Part shown: piece after piece, positions 1-7,779 of the stretch | Layout: each line of letters opens with the position of its first letter | How positions within the stretch are numbered: the first letter of the stretch is position 1 | From: Escherichia coli | Lineage (GTDB): Bacteria > Pseudomonadota > Gammaproteobacteria > Enterobacterales > Enterobacteriaceae | DNA length: 64,000 bases | NCBI RefSeq assembly: GCF_044324785.1 | Contig: NZ_CP172127.1 | Reading direction: 5' to 3' (one strand) | Translations under genes and position numbers: made by a program | The notes under the pieces: model-generated | The model's database searches: none | What the model saw: only the letters and a program-made list of their open reading frames with translations | What the model was told of the DNA's origin: nothing

Positions 1-525
1 TTCGAAACGATGGGTCAGATTCAGGCCAAAATCCCAACCGAGGTGCTGGTCACCGATCGCCGCGAATTTGAACTGGCTGAAGAGGGTTTTATCACCCTTA
101 CCATGCGTAAAGACTCTGATAATGCAGCCTTTTTCTCTGCAAACTCGGTACAAAAACCGAAGCACTTTCCGGGTAAAGACGCAGAAACCAACTATAAGTT
201 GGGTACGCAGCTTCCTTATCTCTTCATCATTAATCGGTTAGCGCACTACATCAAGGTGTTGCAGCGTGAACAACTGGGGTCATGGAAAGAAAGGAGCGAC
301 TTAGAGAGGGAGCTTAATACCTGGATCCGTCAGTATGTTGCCGACCAGGAAAACCCGCCTGCGGACGTGCGCAGCCGCAAGCCTCTGCGTGCTGCCAGAG
401 TTGAGGTTATGGATGTGGAGGGCGAACCCGGCTGGTACCAGGTCGCGCTGAGCGTGCGGCCCCATTTTAAATTTATGGGGGCAAACTTTGAGCTTTCCCT
501 GGTTGGCCGGTTAGACAGGGAGTAA
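1..525 (+). CDS. tssC: T6SS contractile sheath large subunit TssC (VipB), C-terminal part; gene starts upstream of the window
   Basis: Frame is open from position 1; the translated C-terminus resembles TssC/VipB and sits immediately upstream of tssE as in canonical clusters. Confidence 0.85.
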   Translation, partial: FETMGQIQAKIPTEVLVTDRREFELAEEGFITLTMRKDSDNAAFFSANSVQKPKHFPGKDAETNYKLGTQLPYLFIINRLAHYIKVLQREQLGSWKERSDLERELNTWIRQYVADQENPPADVRSRKPLRAARVEVMDVEGEPGWYQVALSVRPHFKFMGANFELSLVGRLDRE

Positions 526-531
526 CACGCC

Positions 532-945
532 ATGATACCGGATCGGGAAAGAACCACAGGTTCTCTTTTTGAGCGTATGGAAGCCTCACCGGCCAGAAAC
601 TGGCAGGGAAGCAGTATTCATGCGCTCAGGCAGTCCATTCGCCAGAACCTGCGAAACATTCTTAATACCCGGTCCGGTAGTTGCCGGGGTGCGCCTGAAC
701 TGGGCATTGATGAACCGGAAGGGGCTGAAAACTTCCGCGAATCAATGAGTCTGGCCATCGCGCAATGTATAGAACGCTATGAACCCCGGATCTCACACGC
801 TGAAGTGCAGGCAGTGGTTTCATCCGCCACCAACCCGCTGGATATGACGTTTCATATTACAGCCTGGGTGACATTTAACGAAACGCATGAAGTGCTTGAA
901 TTTGATATGGCACCGAATGGCAGCCAACATTATCGGGTGGACTGA
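532..945 (+). CDS. tssE: T6SS baseplate subunit TssE (gp25-like)
   Basis: 137 aa, typical TssE size; position between tssC and tssF. Confidence 0.85.
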   Translation: MIPDRERTTGSLFERMEASPARNWQGSSIHALRQSIRQNLRNILNTRSGSCRGAPELGIDEPEGAENFRESMSLAIAQCIERYEPRISHAEVQAVVSSATNPLDMTFHITAWVTFNETHEVLEFDMAPNGSQHYRVD

Positions 946-948
946 CAG

Positions 949-2799
949 ATGGAATTTGAAGAACGCTATTTCCGGGAAGAACTCGATTACCTGCGCCAGC
1001 TCAGCAAGCTGCTGGCAACGGAAAAACCCCATCTTGCCCGCTTCCTGGCCGAAAAAGATGCGGATCCGGATATTGAACGCCTGCTGGAAGGCGTGGCTTT
1101 TCTTACCGGCAATCTCCGCCAGAAAATTGAGGATGAATTCCCAGAACTGACGCACGGGCTTATTAAGATGCTCTGGCCTAATTACCTGCGTCCGGTTCCG
1201 GCAATGACCCTTATTGAATATACGCCGGATATGGATAAGTCTTCTGTGCCGGTGTTAATCCCCCGTAATGAGCAGCTTACAACCAACGCCGGGGAAATCA
1301 GAGTCGATGAAGTGCTGCCCTCCGATGCTAAAAAGGAGGAGCCGCCTCCCTGTACCTTCACCCTCTGCCGGGATATCTGGCTGCTGCCCGTTCGCCTGGA
1401 GCAGATTGAAAACCGCAGTACGACCCGTAATGGTGTTATCAACATCACCTTTTCGGTCGCACCGGGAACGGACTTCCGCACGCTGGATCTGAACAAACTT
1501 CGCTTCTGGCTCGGCAATGACGACAACTATACCCGTGACCAGCTTTATTTATGGTTCTGTGAATACTTGCAGGGTGCCGACCTGACTGTGGGTGAACAGC
1601 ATATTCGCCTGCCTGAGTTTATGCTGAAAGCTGTCGGTTTTGAGCCGCAGGATGCCATGCTGCCTTGGCCGAAAAACGTCCACAGCGGCTACCGGATCCT
1701 TCAGGAGTATTTCTGTTACCCGGATGCGTTTCTCTTTTTTGATCTTTGTGGTTGCCCGGCGTTGCCTGACGGATTGCAGGGTGAATCCTTTACCCTACAA
1801 CTGCGTTTTTCGCGCCCATTGCCCGTGGACATCCGGTTGCGCCGCGACTCCCTGCGCCTGTATTGCGCGCCTGCCATTAATTTATTTATCCACCATGCAG
1901 AAGCCATCACGCTGAACAACCGGCGGGCAGACTATCCGCTGGTTCCCAGCCGCCATTATCCGGAACATTACGATGTCTTTTCCGTTAACGGCGTGATAAG
2001 CCAGGTGCAGGATATGTTCAGGAAAAAAGATCTGGGGCGTCCTGTTTCGACGCAGGCCGCGCGCCAGTGGCCTGCCTTTGAAAGTTTCAGCCATCAGATG
2101 GAATACAGCCGGAAGCGGGAAGTGGTGTACTGGCATCACCGGACCAAAACATCCCTGTTCCATCGCGGCTTTGATCATACCCTTGCTTTTATACATGCTG
2201 ATGGCAGTTATCCGTCAGACGAATCGCTGCTCAGTAATGAAGTGGTTTCGGTATCGCTGACCTGTACCAACCGTGAGCTTCCGTCACAAATTCGTTCCGG
2301 CGATATCACCGGCACAACCGGTAAAAATGCGGCTGTTGCTTCATTTCGCAACATTACCCGCCCGACGCAACCGCTCTGGCCGGTCATTGATGGCAGCCTG
2401 CACTGGTCCCTGCTCTCCGCCATGAACCTGAATTATCTGTCATTACTGGATACGGACGCGCTGAAGCAGGTCATCGCCAACTTTGATCGCCACGCAATCC
2501 ATCATCCGCAGACGGCGCGGCTGTCACAACAAAAGCTGGATGCCATTGAGCGTCTGGAGACCCGCCCCGTTGATCGCCTGTTTACGGGTATTCCCGTCCG
2601 GGGGCTGGCCTCCACGCTGTATCTGCACCCGGAGCCGTTTGTCTGTGAAGGGGAAATGTATCTGCTCGGTACGGTGCTTTCGCATTTTCTGTCGCTGTAC
2701 GCCAGCGTTAACTCATTCCACATGCTGACCGTTGTGAACACAGAAAGCCAGGAGACATGGAAATGGACGGAAAGAACCGGGCAGCATCCTCTTATCTGA
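949..2799 (+). CDS. tssF: T6SS baseplate subunit TssF
   Basis: 616 aa; size and position (after tssE, before tssG) match TssF/VasA. Confidence 0.88.
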   Translation: MEFEERYFREELDYLRQLSKLLATEKPHLARFLAEKDADPDIERLLEGVAFLTGNLRQKIEDEFPELTHGLIKMLWPNYLRPVPAMTLIEYTPDMDKSSVPVLIPRNEQLTTNAGEIRVDEVLPSDAKKEEPPPCTFTLCRDIWLLPVRLEQIENRSTTRNGVINITFSVAPGTDFRTLDLNKLRFWLGNDDNYTRDQLYLWFCEYLQGADLTVGEQHIRLPEFMLKAVGFEPQDAMLPWPKNVHSGYRILQEYFCYPDAFLFFDLCGCPALPDGLQGESFTLQLRFSRPLPVDIRLRRDSLRLYCAPAINLFIHHAEAITLNNRRADYPLVPSRHYPEHYDVFSVNGVISQVQDMFRKKDLGRPVSTQAARQWPAFESFSHQMEYSRKREVVYWHHRTKTSLFHRGFDHTLAFIHADGSYPSDESLLSNEVVSVSLTCTNRELPSQIRSGDITGTTGKNAAVASFRNITRPTQPLWPVIDGSLHWSLLSAMNLNYLSLLDTDALKQVIANFDRHAIHHPQTARLSQQKLDAIERLETRPVDRLFTGIPVRGLASTLYLHPEPFVCEGEMYLLGTVLSHFLSLYASVNSFHMLTVVNTESQETWKWTERTGQHPLI

Positions 2800-3845
2800 G
2801 TCCGGGAAATCCCCCGGCAGATAAAGAGCAGAATGATCCGCTGGTACAGGTTTTTCATAACGCCTGCTCTTACAATTTTTTTGCGATGGCGGAGCTGTTG
2901 CACCGCCTGGCACAGGGTGAAAAGGGGACGCCGGAATTATCCCTGCGCGACGATCCGGCACAGGAAACCCTGCGTTTCAGCGCCGATGCCAGCCTTGCGT
3001 TTCCCCTGAGTGATATCAGTGCGCTGAAACGGGATACGTCAGGGGCATTCAGGATGACCACCACCTTTATGGGGTTACAGGGGAGCCAGTCGCCTCTCCC
3101 CGGTTATTACCTCGATCACCTGGCCTGGAAAGCGGTACATGAACAAAGTCCGGTAGGTGATTTTCTGGATATGTTCAGCCACCGCTTGACCCAGTTTGTC
3201 TGGCATATCTGGCGTAAGTACCGCTATCACATCAGTTTTCGTAACGGCGGTGTGGATGCGTTCTCGCAGCGCATGTACTCCCTTGTTGGGCTGGGCCACC
3301 GCCAGCTTCGCGATAAGCTGGCGATTAATCACAGCAAAATGCTGGCGTATTCCGGGATCCTGGCAAATCCGGGACGATCCCCGGAAATAATCTGCGGCCT
3401 GGTGTCCCACTGCTTTGATTTGTCAGACGTGACGCTGCAAAACTGGCAACGTCGCAAGGTGGATATTGAACCGGATCAGCAAAACAGTCTGGGGAGCTAT
3501 TCACTTAAAAATGGCGAAAAACTGGCGGGAAGATCGGTACTGGGCAACTTTGTTCTGGGTACACGGGTGCCCGATCTCAGCGGAAAATTCCAGCTCAGTA
3601 TTACCAGTCTGACCCGAAAACAGTTCCTCTCTTTTCTGCCGTCCGGCGAAAACTTCCTGCCACTGACGATGTTTGTGTCCTTCATCCTGCGCGATCAGCT
3701 TGCCTGGGACTTACATCTGGGGCTGGCGCCGGAGCAGGTGGGCGCAATGCGCCTGGGCGATAACAAAAGTGCGCTGCTGGGCTGGACCAGCTTCCTCGGC
3801 ACACCGGAAGAACGACCCTCAGTCACCATCAGGGTACGGTCGTAA
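2757..3845 (+). CDS. tssG: T6SS baseplate subunit TssG
   Basis: 362 aa; overlaps the tssF 3' end by 43 nt, consistent with coupling. Exact start uncertain (ATGs at 2757 and 2763). Confidence 0.82.
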   Translation: MEMDGKNRAASSYLSPGNPPADKEQNDPLVQVFHNACSYNFFAMAELLHRLAQGEKGTPELSLRDDPAQETLRFSADASLAFPLSDISALKRDTSGAFRMTTTFMGLQGSQSPLPGYYLDHLAWKAVHEQSPVGDFLDMFSHRLTQFVWHIWRKYRYHISFRNGGVDAFSQRMYSLVGLGHRQLRDKLAINHSKMLAYSGILANPGRSPEIICGLVSHCFDLSDVTLQNWQRRKVDIEPDQQNSLGSYSLKNGEKLAGRSVLGNFVLGTRVPDLSGKFQLSITSLTRKQFLSFLPSGENFLPLTMFVSFILRDQLAWDLHLGLAPEQVGAMRLGDNKSALLGWTSFLGTPEERPSVTIRVRS

Positions 3846-3869
3846 ATTATGATAATCACGGAGCAGAAT

Positions 3870-5150
3870 ATGCCGGAAGAGAAACTACAGACGCTTTCAT
3901 TGCAGGTCATTAACGGCAGTGAGCTGGAAAGCGGGCGGGCGGCGCGCTGTCTGTTCACGCAGCAGGGACATGTCGGCCATGGCCCCGAATGCCACTGGTC
4001 GGTACAGGATCGTCAGCAGAGCATTCCGGCTCAGGCTTTTACCGTTATCCTGCACGATGGCACATTTTGTCTGCGCCCGCAGACGGCACAACTGTGGCTG
4101 AACCAGGCAAAAGTCACAGCAATATCAGACCTGATACAGCTGCGCCAGGGCGATGAGATCCAGATAGGGCGTCTGATGGTGAGGGTTCATCTGAACCGGG
4201 GAGATATCCCCCATTACGATGAGGAAATGGCCACTCCCGAAACCATCGTCACCAATCGCGATATGCTCACGGATACCCTGCTGTCAACGGAGGGTGCGCC
4301 ACACTATCCGGGAATGACTCACCGGCATCAGCTTGCAGACACCGTGGTAAACGGTTTTTCTGCCGATCCACTCCAGGCACTTCAGTCCGAAAGCCTGATT
4401 ACCACGGGCGATCCGCTTTCAGGCATTGCGGCTGTCCGGCCATCGGCACCGCTGTCCGATCCGGCAAGTAATGGGGGGATCAATACTCCGTTTATGGATC
4501 TGCCGCCCATTTATGCCAGCCCCGGCGATCGTAATGATGACTTCTCTGTGGCAGAAATGGCGCAACGCCACCTTGCGGTCACCCCCTTACTGCGCGGTCT
4601 CGGCGGCTCGCTTACCGTGAGCAATTCTGACGATGCGGATGATTTTCTGGAAGAGGCCGGACGCACGTTACAGGCCGCAATAAAAGGTCTGCTCGATTTG
4701 CAGCAACAGCGTAACAGCCTCTCAGACAAACATTTGCGCCCGCTGGAAGATAACCCGCTGCGCCTGAACATGGATTACGCCACCGCGCTCGACGTGATGT
4801 TTGCCGAAGGTAAAAGTCCGGTACATCTGGCGGCTCCCGCCGCTGTCAGTGAAAGCCTGCGTAATGTCCGCCACCACGAAGAAGCTAACCGGGCAGCGAT
4901 TGTGGAGTCACTTCGTGTCCTGCTTGACGCTTTCTCACCACAAAATCTGCTGCGCCGCTTTGTGCAGTACCGCCGCAGCCATGAACTGCGCCAGCCGCTG
5001 GATGATGCCGGAGCATGGCAAATGTACAGCCATTATTACGAAGAACTGGCCTCCGATCGCCAGCAGGGGTTTGAGATGCTGTTTAACGAGGTCTACGCCC
5101 AGGTCTATGACCGGGTGCTTCGTGAAAAACAGCGGGAGCCGGAAGCATGA
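3870..5150 (+). CDS. tagH: T6SS FHA-domain protein TagH (Fha/VasC-like)
   Basis: N-terminal region has an FHA-like pattern; GGAG lies just upstream of the ATG at 3870 (longest ORF starts at 3849); C-terminal region is Ser/Pro/Asp-rich. Confidence 0.8.
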   Translation: MPEEKLQTLSLQVINGSELESGRAARCLFTQQGHVGHGPECHWSVQDRQQSIPAQAFTVILHDGTFCLRPQTAQLWLNQAKVTAISDLIQLRQGDEIQIGRLMVRVHLNRGDIPHYDEEMATPETIVTNRDMLTDTLLSTEGAPHYPGMTHRHQLADTVVNGFSADPLQALQSESLITTGDPLSGIAAVRPSAPLSDPASNGGINTPFMDLPPIYASPGDRNDDFSVAEMAQRHLAVTPLLRGLGGSLTVSNSDDADDFLEEAGRTLQAAIKGLLDLQQQRNSLSDKHLRPLEDNPLRLNMDYATALDVMFAEGKSPVHLAAPAAVSESLRNVRHHEEANRAAIVESLRVLLDAFSPQNLLRRFVQYRRSHELRQPLDDAGAWQMYSHYYEELASDRQQGFEMLFNEVYAQVYDRVLREKQREPEA

Positions 5151-5671
5151 ACAGGAAGGCGTTTCTGGCCTGCGTGCTGATGTGCGTCATATTAACCGGC
5201 TGCGAAACGGCGAAAAAAATCAGCGAGGTGATCAAAAACCCGGATATCCAGGTCGGGAGCCTGAAGGAGCAACCTTCGGAAATAACCGTCACCCTGCTGA
5301 CCGAACCGGACACCAATACCAATGCGGAGGGTGAATCAGCCGCCGTGGATGTGCAACTGGTGTACCTGACTGACGACTCAAAATTGCTGGCAGCCGACTA
5401 TGACCAGATAGCCAGTACGCCGCTACCGGATGTGTTGGGTAAAAACTATATCGACCACCAGGATTTCAACCTGTTGCCGGACACCATCAAAACCCTGCCG
5501 CCGGTAAAGCTGGATGAGAAAACGCAGTTTATTGGTGTCGTGGCCTATTTCTCCGATGACCAGGCCACTGAATGGAAACAAATCGAGACGGTGGAAGGAA
5601 CCGGCCACCATTACCGCCTGCTGGTGCATGTACGTCAAAGCAGCATCGAAATGAAAAAAGAGGATGAATAA
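5147..5671 (+). CDS. tssJ: T6SS outer-membrane lipoprotein TssJ
   Basis: 174 aa; signal peptide with lipobox (MNRKAFLACVLMCVILTGC); ATGA overlap with tagH stop. Confidence 0.88.
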   Translation: MNRKAFLACVLMCVILTGCETAKKISEVIKNPDIQVGSLKEQPSEITVTLLTEPDTNTNAEGESAAVDVQLVYLTDDSKLLAADYDQIASTPLPDVLGKNYIDHQDFNLLPDTIKTLPPVKLDEKTQFIGVVAYFSDDQATEWKQIETVEGTGHHYRLLVHVRQSSIEMKKEDE

Positions 5672-5673
5672 TT

Positions 5674-7005
5674 ATGGCAACCACCCGCAACAAGGTGATG
5701 TGGCAGGAAGGGATGCTGATGCGCCCACACCATTTCCAGCAACAGCAGCGTTACAACGACTACCTGGATAACCAGCGCTTCCGGGCCATGAATGATTTAT
5801 CCTGGGGATTTACCGAACTCACCCTCAACAATGAACTGCTGGCGCAGGGTAAGATCATGATTGACAGCGCGTCAGGCACACTGCCCGACGGCACCGTCTT
5901 TTCTATCCCCGACCAGGACGCACTGCCCGATCCGCTGCACCCGCAACATTTTCCGGACGAAAGAAGCCGCAATATCTACCTCGCTCTGCCGGTCGCCAGT
6001 GATGTGAGAAATGAAATCAGCGACGGGCGGCGAATCGGGCGTTACCGGCTGAATTATGCCGATGTCCGGGATCTGCATTCAGAAGAAGGTGACGCGCGAA
6101 CATTGACGCTGGGTCAACTGACGCCGCGCATTATGAGCGGTGCAGAAGATATGAGCGCCTATATTACGCTCCCGCTTTGCCGTATCAGCGATCGCCATGC
6201 CGACGGCTCACTGACGCTGGATGACGATTTTATCCCCTCCTGCCAGAATATTCAGGTCAGTAAGAAACTGCGTGTTTATCTCAAAGAGGTACAGGGGGCC
6301 ATTGGCGGACGGGCAAGCGATCTGGCAAACCGCATTGGCTCTCCGGCGCAGAGCGGCATCGCGGATGTGGCGGAATTTATGATGTTGCAGTTACTTAACC
6401 GTAACCAGACCCGGTTTACCCATCGCGCTCGTCGATCCCAGCTCCACCCGGAAGATTTCTACCTTGATCTTGCCGGGTTGCTGGGTGAACTGATGACCTT
6501 TACCGAGCCGTCGCGCCTGCCCTGCCCGCTTGATGTGTATGATCATCATGACCTGACCAAAACATTTAAAACGCTGTTACCGGAAGTCAAACGGGCGCTG
6601 CATACCGTACTGTCGCCAAGAGCCGTCAATCTGCCGCTACATCTGCGTGACGGTATCTGGCAGGCCGATATTCATGACACAGAACTGCTGCAATCTGCCA
6701 CCTTTGTCCTGGCCGTGGCGGCAAACATGCCGGTCGATCAGATCCAGCGCCAGTTTATCCAGCAGTCGAAAATTTCCTCGCCGGAAAAAATCCGCAATAT
6801 GGTCAGTGTGCAGATACCCGGCATTCCATTGCGTGCCCTGATGGTGGCTCCCCGCCAGCTTCCTTACCATTCCGGGTTCAGCTATTTCGAACTCGACAAG
6901 AGCGGACAGGCCTGGACAGAAATGGCTGCCGCCGGGGCCGTTGCACTGCATGTATCCGGCAGTTTCCCGGATCTGAACATGCAACTGTGGGCGATAAGAG
7001 GGTAA
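5674..7005 (+). CDS. tssK: T6SS baseplate/membrane-complex connector TssK
   Basis: 443 aa; N-terminus VMWQEGMLMRPHHFQQQQRY resembles the conserved TssK N-terminus; position after tssJ. Confidence 0.88.
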   Translation: MATTRNKVMWQEGMLMRPHHFQQQQRYNDYLDNQRFRAMNDLSWGFTELTLNNELLAQGKIMIDSASGTLPDGTVFSIPDQDALPDPLHPQHFPDERSRNIYLALPVASDVRNEISDGRRIGRYRLNYADVRDLHSEEGDARTLTLGQLTPRIMSGAEDMSAYITLPLCRISDRHADGSLTLDDDFIPSCQNIQVSKKLRVYLKEVQGAIGGRASDLANRIGSPAQSGIADVAEFMMLQLLNRNQTRFTHRARRSQLHPEDFYLDLAGLLGELMTFTEPSRLPCPLDVYDHHDLTKTFKTLLPEVKRALHTVLSPRAVNLPLHLRDGIWQADIHDTELLQSATFVLAVAANMPVDQIQRQFIQQSKISSPEKIRNMVSVQIPGIPLRALMVAPRQLPYHSGFSYFELDKSGQAWTEMAAAGAVALHVSGSFPDLNMQLWAIRG

Positions 7006-7009
7006 GACG

Positions 7010-7771
7010 ATGGATGAGGGGTCACTGTCTCTGCCACCATTTACCGGATACGACGAAAAAAGCCAGCGCGACTATCATCTCGCGCTTCGTGGCAACAGCC
7101 TGAATCCGATGATCGACGCAGCCACGCCGCTCCTCGGTATGGTGATGCGCCTTTCAACCATGAACAGCCAGACGATGCCGGAGCATCTTTTTGCTCAGGT
7201 GGTGACGGATGTTCAGGCCGTGGAGCAACTGCTTCAGGAGCAGGGCTACGAACCGGGCGTGATTATCTCGTTTCGCTACATCCTCTGCACGTTTATTGAT
7301 GAAGCGGCGCTCGGTAACGGCTGGTCGAACAAGAACGAGTGGATCAAGCAGTCATTGCTGGTCCATTTCCACAACGAAGCCTGGGGTGGCGAGAAGGTTT
7401 TCATCCTGCTGGAGCGCCTGATCCGTGAACCCAAACGTTACCAAGATCTGCTGGAATTTCTCTGGCTCTGTTTTTCTCTGGGATTTCGCGGGCGCTACAA
7501 AGTGGCAGCACAGGATCAGGGGGAATTTGAGCAGATCTACCGCCGCCTGTACCACGTCCTGCATAAACTGCGCGGCGATGCCCCTTTCCCGCTGTTACAC
7601 CAGGACAAAAAAACCCAGGGCGGGCGTTATCAGCTCATCAGTCGCCTGACCATTAAACATATTTTTTGTGGTGGCGTTGTCGTGCTGGCGTTGTTTTACC
7701 TGTTCTATCTGTTGCGGCTGGACAGCCAGACGCAGGACATCCTGCACCAGCTAAACAAATTACTTCGATAA
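7010..7771 (+). CDS. tssL: T6SS inner-membrane protein TssL (DotU family, no OmpA-like extension)
   Basis: 253 aa; C-terminal hydrophobic helix (FCGGVVVLALFYLFYLL); position between tssK and clpV. Confidence 0.85.
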   Translation: MDEGSLSLPPFTGYDEKSQRDYHLALRGNSLNPMIDAATPLLGMVMRLSTMNSQTMPEHLFAQVVTDVQAVEQLLQEQGYEPGVIISFRYILCTFIDEAALGNGWSNKNEWIKQSLLVHFHNEAWGGEKVFILLERLIREPKRYQDLLEFLWLCFSLGFRGRYKVAAQDQGEFEQIYRRLYHVLHKLRGDAPFPLLHQDKKTQGGRYQLISRLTIKHIFCGGVVVLALFYLFYLLRLDSQTQDILHQLNKLLR

Positions 7772-7779
7772 GGACGTTT

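Noticed and set aside
7666-7779. Upstream extension of clpV to the start at 7666
   Set aside because: It would overlap most of the tssL 3' end in another frame; the ATG at 7780 gives the conserved ClpV N-terminus.
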